Positions 38,139-47,176 of a stretch of 64,000 nt of DNA are shown one piece after another. The translations under genes and the position numbers were made by a program. The stretch covers positions 89,630 through 153,629 of the forward strand of contig JAUSFM010000014.1 in NCBI GenBank assembly GCA_030651375.1, written 5' to 3'. Below the pieces are notes generated by a model. That model was given only the letters and a program-made list of their open reading frames with translations, did no database searches and had not been told where the DNA came from. This stretch comes from Candidatus Woesearchaeota archaeon (GTDB taxonomy: Archaea; Nanobdellota; Nanobdellia; Woesearchaeales; UBA12501). The first letter of the stretch is position 1; each line of letters begins with the position of its first letter.

Positions 38139-38849
38139 TTAATGTTTATGGATAATCGCATACAGAAGCATCCCGCGAGGAGAGGTGCTCGCAAGCTCTC
38201 GCACAAATAATTTCTCGGCGAGCGAAGATGAGACAAGGCTCAAAAACGGCGAAAACGAAAAAAAAGTTCCGATGTCAGCACCAACATCTTTATCTTTAAG
38301 CATTGCAGCCAGCCGTTGTGGCGTGAATCGGCTCACGTGCTGTTCGCCCGCCATGCGCGCCGTAAGGCGGAACGTGTCACAAAGCCATTCCATAACCGGC
38401 CAGAAACTGTGGTAGTTTGGCGTTGTCAAGATAAGCACACCTCCTTTTTTAAGAACCCGTAGGCATTCATCCAGCGTTTTTTCAGGCTGGTGAAGATGCT
38501 CAAGAATTTCAAACAAGAAAATTTTTGAAAAGATTTGATCCTCGTAAGGTAATTTTTCAACGGAAGCAACGGTGAAGTGAACATTCTTTATTTTGTTTTT
38601 TTGCGCCAGGCCCCGAGCAAATTCCAATGCCCTCTTGTTGATGTCAATTCCGTGATATTGACTCACCTGCGGCGCATATTTTTGCATAAAAATCCCTGAG
38701 CCGCAGGCAACATCAAGAACAACATCATGTTTGCTTAACTGCACTTTTTCTCTGACAAACGCCAGCCGTTGTTGATGCCAGAAACGTTGGATGCGTTTTC
38801 CCTGATGCAACGCATCATACTGGTATGAACCTTGTTCATGCAGTTTCAT
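38139..38849 (-). CDS. Class I SAM-dependent methyltransferase (type 11-like)
   Basis: Motif I 'VVLDVACGSGIF', post-I acidic 'GIDIN', and 'GVLILTTPN'. Confidence 0.55.
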   Translation of the reverse strand: MKLHEQGSYQYDALHQGKRIQRFWHQQRLAFVREKVQLSKHDVVLDVACGSGIFMQKYAPQVSQYHGIDINKRALEFARGLAQKNKIKNVHFTVASVEKLPYEDQIFSKIFLFEILEHLHQPEKTLDECLRVLKKGGVLILTTPNYHSFWPVMEWLCDTFRLTARMAGEQHVSRFTPQRLAAMLKDKDVGADIGTFFSFSPFLSLVSSSLAEKLFVRELASTSPRGMLLYAIIHKH

Positions 38850-40551
38850 TTTCCCCTCCGAGCAGGTATAGGTCATAGATGGCAACGTAACCATTATCAT
38901 ACACCCTTGCCAGCGCAATCTCTTTTTTCAGATTGAGCATAGATACATTTTTTTCAACAACCCACGCAGTGTTGCAGTAGATTATGTTTGTACCAAGCTT
39001 CTTATCCCCAAGTGTATCACAGAGTTTATTCGCGAAGTCTTGGTGAAAAATTATATATCGTACGTTCTTTTTGAAGTCATCAAGCGTCCACGTGCCAATC
39101 GATTGATAGGTATTCAATGACGTATTTTCTACACGCGAAACAAGACCGCCCATTATTTTCTGACCGTGGTGCATTTGCATAAACATGTTTCGCGCATTTA
39201 CTGAGTTAGGATTCGTCGTCCACTCTGCGAGGGGCAAATCGATAACTGGGCCACCTTCGCTCCGTGCAATATGTTGATAATACAAAAGCTCAGAAGGGTA
39301 TTCTATTCTGCCACCAGTAAGATGAACCGGAACTGCCGCAACGTCCATGATAAGGAGTAAAGCAAGACTAAGGAGAATGAGTGCTCTACGAGAGAGTTCC
39401 GCATTTAGACTGAAGCGCTCAAGCAGCACTTTTGCTCCCCACCCAGCGAGGATAATCACGCCGAGCGACACCAAAAAGCTGTATCGTGAGAAGCGGACGG
39501 CATCAAGTAATGGAATCTTCGCAAAAACTCCTGCAGGCAGTGTCAGCCATGGAAACCATTCTTTCCCTGCAATGAGAATACCCTTTGTGCCTAAGGTGAT
39601 AAGCAGTGCAAGTCCTGCCATCGTACACCACACACCTCTGTTTTTTGCATACCAGACCCCAATAAAGGCAAGCAGGAGTACACCCCACCCAAGATAAGGG
39701 TATCCACCTTTTCCCGGGAGGACGGTAGCACTTTCTGGTCGTCGCAGATAATCAACCAAATCAACCCGTTCTTTCTCGATGCGGAAGGTGGCATGTTCGC
39801 CGCTCTTAATGATCATTCGGGCAACAAGGGGTGAAACGAGCAGACCGAAGACTATGAGCATTCCGCTAAGGCAGATGATACCTTTTCGCTTCTGCTCCTT
39901 CTCTGCGGTACGCCAAAGCAAAGAAAGGATCACGAGACCGGTCACCATCAGCATAAACAGCGCATATGTCGGCTCAAGATAAAAAATAGTAGCGAGGATG
40001 ATACCAGTGATGCAACTACGGCGCATGGTTGGTTCATCAATCGTCTTAAAAAGGAAAAGGAGGTAGAGAGGGATAAACTGGAGGGATGCAAAGTTAAGAT
40101 GAGTCATCATATGATACATATGCCACGAGCTGAATGCAAAGAGAATACCCATGAGAAATGCTGCTGATTTATTTCCGGTGAGATATTTTCCGAAGAGATA
40201 CATACTATACCCCGCCAATGGAAATGTCAGCAGCACGAGCAGGTTATACGTTAGTATAAACCCAAAAAAAGGAAATAGCAGCATGCCGATAAACGAGTTT
40301 AATGGCGTCAGCGTGTGAAAGGTGAGGTCAACCCCTTCAGGGTGAAATAGATAAGGAGTATAAAACAGTGAATGTCCTTCGGTGATAGCTGTTTTCATCC
40401 ACCACATGTTCCACATAAAGACGACGGTGTCCTTAGGATCACGAGCCATAGTCTTGTCCATATTAAAAATAAGAGGGAAAGTAAGAATGAGTGTGAGTAC
40501 ACAAAAACAAAAAATAACCAAAGCATGTTCCTTAACGTTTTGCGTGTTCAT
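38836..40551 (-). CDS. Paralog of the 36234..38096 membrane protein (candidate GT-C glycosyltransferase)
   Basis: Shares 'PLIFNMDKTMARDPKDTVVFMWNMWWM...YTPYLFHPEGVDLTFHTL...LNSFIGMLL' with its paralog. Start set at the internal Met to limit overlap with the GT2 gene. Confidence 0.45.
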   Translation of the reverse strand: MNTQNVKEHALVIFCFCVLTLILTFPLIFNMDKTMARDPKDTVVFMWNMWWMKTAITEGHSLFYTPYLFHPEGVDLTFHTLTPLNSFIGMLLFPFFGFILTYNLLVLLTFPLAGYSMYLFGKYLTGNKSAAFLMGILFAFSSWHMYHMMTHLNFASLQFIPLYLLFLFKTIDEPTMRRSCITGIILATIFYLEPTYALFMLMVTGLVILSLLWRTAEKEQKRKGIICLSGMLIVFGLLVSPLVARMIIKSGEHATFRIEKERVDLVDYLRRPESATVLPGKGGYPYLGWGVLLLAFIGVWYAKNRGVWCTMAGLALLITLGTKGILIAGKEWFPWLTLPAGVFAKIPLLDAVRFSRYSFLVSLGVIILAGWGAKVLLERFSLNAELSRRALILLSLALLLIMDVAAVPVHLTGGRIEYPSELLYYQHIARSEGGPVIDLPLAEWTTNPNSVNARNMFMQMHHGQKIMGGLVSRVENTSLNTYQSIGTWTLDDFKKNVRYIIFHQDFANKLCDTLGDKKLGTNIIYCNTAWVVEKNVSMLNLKKEIALARVYDNGYVAIYDLYLLGGENETA

Positions 40552-41275
40552 AGGTTCCAATGACCTCGTTGAGCAATATCCGAACAGTATCAAAGAGCAT
40601 ACGGGGAGGGTCACGAAGCATGCTCACCCTCGACTCCGGTGTGTAGCGCGCGTTGATAGGCAGTTCAATGAATGGAACGTGAAATTTTTTTATCAGATAG
40701 GCAAGCTCGACGTCAAACGCAAACCGATCAATGGTCATCAGCGAAAAAAGCTGCTGCCCAGTCGCTCGTTCCATCAGCTTAAATCCACATTGAGTGTCTT
40801 TGATGCCCCACACCAAGAGTTTGGTTACTCCACTAAAAATCCTGCCAGGAATTTTACGGTGCCATGGCTGGCCAATGACCATTGCCCCCTGTTTGAGCCG
40901 TGAACCAAGAACTATCTTGTACTGTGAAAGATAGGGAAGGAATGTTTCGAGCTCGGCGATGGGAATCGTGCTGTCCGCATCCATAATCAAAATCCAGTCG
41001 TGCTGTGCTACGGCAACGCCGCGCCGGACGCTGTATCCTTTCCCGCGGTTCGTTCCGTTTGCAAGAAGATGAATGTCGGTTGTTCCCTGAGCCTTTTTTT
41101 TAACATCGTTGATGGTATTGTCAGCAGAGCCGTCATCAACAATAATAATCTCATACCCCTCCTGTTTTTTCTTCATCCAGTGTCGGATAGCATCGATTGT
41201 TGGTGGAACGCGCTTTTCTTCATTGTAACACGGAATAATGATTGATATGCTTGGGCTCTTTTTTTGCTCGTTCAT
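40532..41275 (-). CDS. Family-2 glycosyltransferase, dolichyl-phosphate sugar synthase (Dpm1/GtrB-like)
   Basis: 'ISIIIPCYNEEKRV...IIIVDDGSADNT' and DxD-like 'LIMDADSTI'. 247 aa soluble GT2 typical of Dol-P-hexose synthases. Confidence 0.65.
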   Translation of the reverse strand: MNEQKKSPSISIIIPCYNEEKRVPPTIDAIRHWMKKKQEGYEIIIVDDGSADNTINDVKKKAQGTTDIHLLANGTNRGKGYSVRRGVAVAQHDWILIMDADSTIPIAELETFLPYLSQYKIVLGSRLKQGAMVIGQPWHRKIPGRIFSGVTKLLVWGIKDTQCGFKLMERATGQQLFSLMTIDRFAFDVELAYLIKKFHVPFIELPINARYTPESRVSMLRDPPRMLFDTVRILLNEVIGTYEHAKR

Positions 41276-42027
41276 CAGGTGACAGGTACGTTGTTTTGTT
41301 TATATGTTTTTATTTTTTCGAGTACCTCTCTGACGGCGAGCACATAATCGCCCCCATACCGTGGCGCCTTGGTGAACGCAGTTGCAGCCAGTACCCCTGC
41401 ACCGCCCATGCGAAGAAATTCGATGACATCCTCCGACTCTTCAATCCCTGCACCGGCATAGACTGGAATTGATGGATTTATTTTTTTGACCGTATCGAGA
41501 GTTTTTTGGAGCTCGTCTTTTTTTTCTTTGATGATTGAGATACGCTGGCCGATGAATGCGTCCCATTCGACGGCAATGGCGCATGATGCAGGAAGAAACG
41601 GTACAATTCGTGAAGCTGTTTCAGCACTGTCAACACAGACGATAACACGCAGTTCCTTGTCGCACGCTTTTTTGATAGTTGCGAGAAGATCGTTTAATTT
41701 TTCAGGTGACGAGTCATTGCTATACCTGCGTTCTTCGCAATGGTTCAGCAGCGTGCCATTAGCAACGCCGACAAGGGAATCAACACACACCGCACCTGTT
41801 CTGCTGTCACCAGTCGCAACATTGTCAATTTTCTGTGACAACAAAATGATCTGATGCGGAATATGGTCAAGCGCGCACCGCGCTTTGTCAAGGTCAGCAA
41901 CAGGCACGCAGAGTGCCACGGAAATTTCATACTGCACAGTCAATGAAGCGACCGCTGCACAATAGTCCGCAACCTGCGTTCCGGTGATGTGCTGTTTCAG
42001 ATTGATAACAATAGACGGCCAGTGCAT
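41275..42027 (-). CDS. tpiA: Triosephosphate isomerase (archaeal type)
   Basis: 'SIVINLKQH', catalytic 'GTLLNHCEERR', 'YAGAGIEESEDV' and 'GGAGVLAATAFTKA' match archaeal TIM. The stop overlaps the downstream GT2 start (TGATG). Confidence 0.7.
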   Translation of the reverse strand: MHWPSIVINLKQHITGTQVADYCAAVASLTVQYEISVALCVPVADLDKARCALDHIPHQIILLSQKIDNVATGDSRTGAVCVDSLVGVANGTLLNHCEERRYSNDSSPEKLNDLLATIKKACDKELRVIVCVDSAETASRIVPFLPASCAIAVEWDAFIGQRISIIKEKKDELQKTLDTVKKINPSIPVYAGAGIEESEDVIEFLRMGGAGVLAATAFTKAPRYGGDYVLAVREVLEKIKTYKQNNVPVT

Positions 42028-42060
42028 ACCTCTACCAAACAACCATGTGCTTTAATTTAT

Positions 42061-42411
42061 TTATGGTGATTTAGAAGTAGCATCTAACCTTTCAGTCAAT
42101 CTTCTTCCCTTTTCAGTCAGCGCGTAAAGAGGCGGGCGCGTTCCCACTTTTTCAATAGCCTGCAATCCAAGAAGCGGGCCGAGCACCTGATCACCAAAAC
42201 GCTGTGCTGTTCTCGGGTGTGCATAGGGGCCGCCTACATCACGCATCAAGACCGACAGCTGATAAGGGACAGGACAACCGTCGCGCTCATACGCTTCATT
42301 GTCACCATACATAATTCGAAGCGTCGACTGTGCAAACGGATTTAACGCTCGGGCATGATCATCAATAGAGCCGTTTCCGTTCCCATTTGTAGACGCCATA
42401 AGCAAAACCAA
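42061..42411 (-). CDS. Small hypothetical protein (possible winged-helix DNA-binding)
   Basis: 116 aa. 'LYALTEKGRRL' resembles a wHTH recognition wing. Weak. Confidence 0.25.
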   Translation of the reverse strand: MVLLMASTNGNGNGSIDDHARALNPFAQSTLRIMYGDNEAYERDGCPVPYQLSVLMRDVGGPYAHPRTAQRFGDQVLGPLLGLQAIEKVGTRPPLYALTEKGRRLTERLDATSKSP

Positions 42412-42441
42412 ACCTGGAGAAGAAAAACCCCTATTTAAGCC

Positions 42442-43176
42442 TTACGCTTTGCACGCGCCCTCGCTGCAGCTGTGCTCGCACCGCACCTTCTCATAATTAA
42501 TAAACTTTACTCCGGGCCGGTTGGTGTCATATGTCGGATCACAGAACCATTCGATGAGCATCTTGTCGTTAAAACAGAAATCCTCTTCGACCTTTTTTTT
42601 GCCGACAAGGCTGATGGTGCGCCCTTTTTTGAATTCTGTATACTTCTCTTTCTCGTCGCTATCCTCACAATAGAAAACACACGTGCCATCCTTGCACCCT
42701 TTGCCATTGTACTGGATACAGTTCCTGTTCGCTACGCAGCTCACACCCACACAACTACTCCCTTTGCAGGTAGTGCCTGCTTCGCAGTATTTGTCAAGTA
42801 CCCATTTGGTGGTGCACTCACTATTTTTTGAGTCTCTTAATTCCTTCAGTACTTTGTCATAGCCAATTCCTAGTCCGACGATCGGGTCATTGTCGCACCG
42901 CTTTTTGCCGGTTTCTTTCAATTCGCAGTTTTGCGGCAGCTTTTTCGGTGGAAGCACTGGTTCTTGCTTCTGCGCAGTGGCGCAGAGCCAGTATTTTTCC
43001 TTTGCCAGTGTGCACTCGTCTGAAGTGTCTGAACTACACATCCGTTTCAGTTTAGTCCCCTCATTTGCGCACGGATTCCAGACTACAGTGCCTGTCGGCA
43101 ACTCACCGTTGGCGAGCAGAAAGAACCAAACTGCGCTGAGGATGAGAAGGATGGTAAGGATTGTTTCGCGTCGCAT
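42442..43176 (-). CDS. Cysteine-rich secreted or surface protein (at least 25 Cys)
   Basis: N-terminal signal/TM 'ILTILLILSAVWFFLLA', then a 210 aa domain with regularly spaced Cys (CxxxC, CC pairs), suggesting a disulfide- or metal-rich extracellular module. Confidence 0.45.
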   Translation of the reverse strand: MRRETILTILLILSAVWFFLLANGELPTGTVVWNPCANEGTKLKRMCSSDTSDECTLAKEKYWLCATAQKQEPVLPPKKLPQNCELKETGKKRCDNDPIVGLGIGYDKVLKELRDSKNSECTTKWVLDKYCEAGTTCKGSSCVGVSCVANRNCIQYNGKGCKDGTCVFYCEDSDEKEKYTEFKKGRTISLVGKKKVEEDFCFNDKMLIEWFCDPTYDTNRPGVKFINYEKVRCEHSCSEGACKA

Positions 43177-43256
43177 ACGAGGCCTCTTTTTCTTGTTTTA
43201 TAGCACCGAGAATATATAAAGTTTTAGAACAAATCTGTGTGGCTGAGGGGAACAAC

Positions 43257-43649
43257 CTTTTTTTGCTTCGCAAAAAAAGCTTGCGCAGCAACGAACGTGT
43301 TTTCTCCTCCGGAGAAAACGGCGCTTCAAGCAACTATTTGGTACGATTTACGAAGTACAAATAGGGGGCTGATGGGATTTGGAACCTGCGCAATCTTTTT
43401 GCGCTGCGGCACAAAAAGCTTGAACACGCTGGTGCCGCCTACGCTCCGCTCGGCGGCACGGCACTAGTTACAACGTCGATGTACGACCCTACGACCTACG
43501 AAGTACCAAAAGAAACATGGGGCTGATGGGATGTAAACCAACATTTTTTTGCTGCGGCAAAAAACTGTTGCGAACGACGAACGAGTTTCCGCCTCCGGCG
43601 AAAACAGCGCTTCGCGCAACTATTTGGTACGATTTACGAAGTACAAATA
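43257..43649. repeat. Three tandem degenerate repeat units (about 130-155 nt), each containing hairpins and ending in a copy of the 3'-terminal 14-18 nt of tRNA-Ile
   Basis: Units at about 43257-43386, 43387-43542 and 43543-43672. Each has a tttttgcNNNNgcaaaaa hairpin, a GC-rich palindrome (ctcctccggag / ccgcctccggcg) and the terminal ggggctgatgggat(ttg). The last unit overlaps the intact tRNA. Confidence 0.6.
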
Positions 43650-43725
43650 TGGGGCTGATGGGATTTGAACCCACGACCTCTCGATTATCAGTCGAGTGCT
43701 ACTAGCCAGGCTAAGCTACAGCCCC
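43650..43725 (-). tRNA. tRNA-Ile (anticodon GAT)
   Basis: Reverse complement GGGGCTGTAGCTTAGCCTGGCTAGTAGCACTCGACTGATAATCGAGAGGTCGTGGGTTCAAATCCCATCAGCCCCA. Anticodon stem ctcga/tcgag with loop ctGATaa. Collinear with canonical archaeal tRNA-Ile. Confidence 0.8.
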
Positions 43726-43821
43726 GTACGCCGGAAGAGGAGTGAGCGGCTTTATAAAATTAACGTGTTAGGGGTTTTTTTGCCGTAAACTATTTAAAAA
43801 CAACCTTATATAAATAGTCCC

Positions 43822-44166
43822 ATGCCATTTCCAAAAAAAGAGGGTGACGAGCCAGCAGATTCTGAACGCATGCAACGACTTGAACAGCGTGAGTCCCAGA
43901 CTGAAGAAAAAGTGCAGAAGCTCCAAGAGGTACTGAAAAATGTTGAGCAGCGCCAACAGCAGGGAAAAAAATATGCTATTTTGAAACTGCTTATCCGTGC
44001 AGGGCTCCTGACCGCGCCGCTGTGGGTATTGTTTCTGCTCTCGCTGAAAACAGACGTTACGCTGTACCTTTCGGTCTGGGGCATAGCCCTCGTGCTACTG
44101 CTCTATTTCGGCACACTTGGATTGTATTTGTATGCGCGCTACCTCAAAAAAGGTGAGGAGCAATGA
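43822..44166 (+). CDS. Small membrane protein with N-terminal coiled-coil segment
   Basis: 114 aa, two TM helices. Stop overlaps the next gene start (ATGA). Confidence 0.4.
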   Translation: MPFPKKEGDEPADSERMQRLEQRESQTEEKVQKLQEVLKNVEQRQQQGKKYAILKLLIRAGLLTAPLWVLFLLSLKTDVTLYLSVWGIALVLLLYFGTLGLYLYARYLKKGEEQ

Positions 44167-45170
44167 AACGATTTTTGTTCCTGATTCTTCTCGCTATTCT
44201 TTCGGCGCTCCCTTTTGTTGGCGCGCAAAACTGTATTGAGCCAACATCAGAACTCCATCTGACTAAAGACACCATATTTTGTGACGGACATTACAAAGTG
44301 TCACGCATTGTTGCTGATGCAGAGAACATCACACTGCACTGTGGCGGCGCAACGCTTGAAGGCGACCTTGGCTCTGACGGCATCATCATCACCAAATCGA
44401 ACGTCAAGCTCAAGAGCTGTACGCTGATAACGTACCAAAAAGCAGTCAGCATGCTGAACGCTCCTGCTCCCTCATTTGAAAATGTGGTGCTGAAAAATAA
44501 TGTCATCGGCATCTACGCCGTCAACACACGGTTCAAGCCGCATGGTGTCCTGTTTGAGGACAACGAACGAAACATGGTGCTGGAGGAAAAGGAAGCGCCA
44601 ACGCGAACCATTGAAAACCATGTGCTGCCGGAACTGCTTGCGGCGCTGAATATTTCGACGGCAAACCACGCAGCAGCAGCGAAGCGAGTGGCGCTTGAAA
44701 AAACAATTACCGTTGAAGAAAAAGAAAATCGTACGACCATAACAGTGTCGCTAACGGCGAAAGAAGATATACCCAATCTTCTTGTGTATGAACATATTCC
44801 GAAAGAACTTGCCGCAACAGCAGATGATGTTGTGTTTTCCTACCCTGATGTGCAGGTGGTGAATCCGGATCCTGATTTTCTCATTCCCATTGGCAGAATC
44901 AAAATCAACACCAAAGTAAAAATCGAGTACCGGCTTAACAAAAAAGTCTCTGCCGGCGATCCGATGCCCTCAACGGTTGTTGCGGAAGGAGAGAACGAAA
45001 ACAACGAGCCGCCAGTTGAAGAACCTATTGACACCACTGCTCCTGCAGAGGTTACTGACCTTTCACCACCCTCATCGGTGGTGTGGTGGACACTCCTCTT
45101 TCTGGGCCTTGCCCTTGTGGTGACTGCGGCCGTGTATCACATCGAGAAAAAAGGCCGCGAACAGCATTAA
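44163..45170 (+). CDS. Secreted surface protein with signal peptide, putative parallel beta-helix repeats and C-terminal TM anchor
   Basis: Signal 'MKRFLFLILLAILSALPFVGAQN'. Repeated 'N/V-x-L-x-x-N/C' strand pattern. C-terminal 'WWTLLFLGLALVVTAAVY' plus a basic tail. Confidence 0.45.
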   Translation: MKRFLFLILLAILSALPFVGAQNCIEPTSELHLTKDTIFCDGHYKVSRIVADAENITLHCGGATLEGDLGSDGIIITKSNVKLKSCTLITYQKAVSMLNAPAPSFENVVLKNNVIGIYAVNTRFKPHGVLFEDNERNMVLEEKEAPTRTIENHVLPELLAALNISTANHAAAAKRVALEKTITVEEKENRTTITVSLTAKEDIPNLLVYEHIPKELAATADDVVFSYPDVQVVNPDPDFLIPIGRIKINTKVKIEYRLNKKVSAGDPMPSTVVAEGENENNEPPVEEPIDTTAPAEVTDLSPPSSVVWWTLLFLGLALVVTAAVYHIEKKGREQH

Positions 45171-45182
45171 AAAATAAAAAGA

Positions 45183-46187
45183 TTAAAGTCTCATCAACTG
45201 GCGAATGAGAGCGTCTTTGCTTCGATGGTACTGTTCTGTTTCGCTGTGCTCAAGCACCATCGGAACAGGCACGATGCCATTCCGAAAGCTCACGCGCTGG
45301 CCAATACATACATTGGTTTGGTTATAGCTCGTCAAGACGGAAAGCGATGGCTGGTACGGTGAATCGTGCGCAGCTGCTTCAATGACGCGCATCATGCAGG
45401 AAGCAATTTCAGGTGATGTTGAGCCCAGCAGGTGCATCCACCGGCCTGCTTCGCCAATGAGCTGGCGGCGAAGCGACGCGCGCAAAAAAGTCGGGTCTTT
45501 TTTTTGGTGCTGTTCACATTCTGTAAATGAGTATCCGGCAATCGTGGCGTTGGAAAATACCGGCACGGCATATTCATTGTGCGTGCCGATAACCCATGCA
45601 TCGACATCAGTTAGTTCAAGCAGTGGTTGTCCCTTCTGAAATTCAGTCAAAAGAATTCGTCTGAAACGCTCTCGGTCGCCTTCATTGAAACCCGCAACCA
45701 ACGACGCATCAAGCCCGCTTTCGCGCAGAAAAAAATAGGTAAGGATATCAATAGGATTGGTGCAGACCAGTACACGCCCTGCATAGCGGCGCGCACGCTC
45801 GTTGAATGCCGCGGCGCAATCGTATATCGCCGGAAGATTGGCTGCAAGAAAATCATCTCGTGAGGCTCCTGCTGCAACACGCTCACGCCAGTGCACGCCA
45901 TCAACGGGACTCGACGCATCCAGTGAAATGAAAGTAACTAATGGTTCTGCTTCAACCAGTTCATCTAAGGTGCACAGCGTGACGATTGGTTTGAGTGGAA
46001 AGATTCGCTGGCTGACCATGACGGTGAGATACTCCTGCAATGCAGCGGCATTGCGCTGGGTACGATTAACGAGATACAATCGCTCAAGGAGTTCACTGAA
46101 CCTGCAAAGCTCTGCTGCAACTTGCCAGCCGACTGAAAGCAGGTCACGGCCGGTGCCGATGATTCCAACTGAATACGGTCCATCCAT
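45183..46187 (-). CDS. L-lactate/malate dehydrogenase-family protein (divergent)
   Basis: Rossmann 'VGIIGTGRDLLSVGWQVA', 'VLVCTNPIDILT' (NPVD-like) and a catalytic-His region 'VIGTHNEY'. Confidence 0.5.
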   Translation of the reverse strand: MDGPYSVGIIGTGRDLLSVGWQVAAELCRFSELLERLYLVNRTQRNAAALQEYLTVMVSQRIFPLKPIVTLCTLDELVEAEPLVTFISLDASSPVDGVHWRERVAAGASRDDFLAANLPAIYDCAAAFNERARRYAGRVLVCTNPIDILTYFFLRESGLDASLVAGFNEGDRERFRRILLTEFQKGQPLLELTDVDAWVIGTHNEYAVPVFSNATIAGYSFTECEQHQKKDPTFLRASLRRQLIGEAGRWMHLLGSTSPEIASCMMRVIEAAAHDSPYQPSLSVLTSYNQTNVCIGQRVSFRNGIVPVPMVLEHSETEQYHRSKDALIRQLMRL

Positions 46188-46247
46188 TCCGGCTGCAGAA
46201 GGTGCGTACTTTAAATTTTTTTAGGGTGATGAATAGGCAATATGCAG

Positions 46248-46760
46248 TTAATATTTCTTTAACAAATGTGGTATCGCAGCGCCAACGGCGCATGGCATGG
46301 AAAGGAGAATCACCACATTAAACACGCCTTGCTGGCTCGAGAAAAATTGGTCAATGCCAAAAATGTGCACCAGTGCAACGGAAACAATAATCGCAATGCC
46401 ATACAGCGTCACGAATCGCTTGAACCAGAACTGGGAAAAGCCCCGATGACGTCGCTCGGCAAGGCTCACTCTGCTGTACCCAATCCAATAAATTTCACTG
46501 GTGAGAATGATCATGGTTGCTATGCCAATAAACAGGGCGTGACGCTGGGTCAAATGCTCTGCGGTCTGCACCAACCCGCCACTGAGAATAAAAGTAAAGC
46601 CGATGAGCAGCGCGCCGAAAAAGGTGTTGATGATATCACGCTTCGAAAAGTGAGAAGGATATTTTTCAATCAGCTTGTCACGAAGCAGTTCGATGTTCTG
46701 CTCAATTTGCTCAATTCCTTGCTGCTCTTTTTTCACATACTGCCTGATGGTGGTAGCCAT
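46248..46760 (-). CDS. Membrane protein (about 4 TM), unknown function
   Basis: 170 aa. Abuts the upstream small ORF. Confidence 0.4.
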   Translation of the reverse strand: MATTIRQYVKKEQQGIEQIEQNIELLRDKLIEKYPSHFSKRDIINTFFGALLIGFTFILSGGLVQTAEHLTQRHALFIGIATMIILTSEIYWIGYSRVSLAERRHRGFSQFWFKRFVTLYGIAIIVSVALVHIFGIDQFFSSQQGVFNVVILLSMPCAVGAAIPHLLKKY

Positions 46761-47048
46761 CTAATATCGCTCCAGGCCAACAATCTTGAACGGCTCCTCT
46801 TTTTCTTTTGCAGGATTTGTTTCCTGCGCTGTTATTTCGTCATGAGCAGATGCAGGTGAATCTAAGGTGGTGTCGAACATGCTGAAGATGCTGTTTCCGT
46901 CAGCGGCTGTGGGTGCATCGGGCGCGGACATGCCGGTGCTGCCCATACTGGCACTGGTGCTATTCCGGTCAAGAAGCGTTGAAAGAAGGGCTATAACTTT
47001 GCGGATGTCGGTTTCAGAATCGTGCGTCGTATCAATGGTGATTTTCAC
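46761..47048 (-). CDS. Small hypothetical protein
   Basis: 95 aa, acidic/Ser-rich C-terminus. Confidence 0.3.
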   Translation of the reverse strand: MKITIDTTHDSETDIRKVIALLSTLLDRNSTSASMGSTGMSAPDAPTAADGNSIFSMFDTTLDSPASAHDEITAQETNPAKEKEEPFKIVGLERY

Positions 47049-47142
47049 GCGGTGCCTCTTTTTGATTTCTGTTTATTTTCTGCAGTTTTCCCGTGTTTTG
47101 AACGTATTTAAACCTTTCTATTTTTCGCTTCTTTCTTTAAAA

Positions 47143-47151
47143 AGATTTATA
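47143..47151 (+). promoter_or_regulatory. TATA-like box (atttatata) about 26 nt upstream of lonB
   Basis: AT-rich element at archaeal promoter spacing. Confidence 0.3.
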
Positions 47152-47176
47152 TACCTCTTGGAAACTTCCCGACGAT

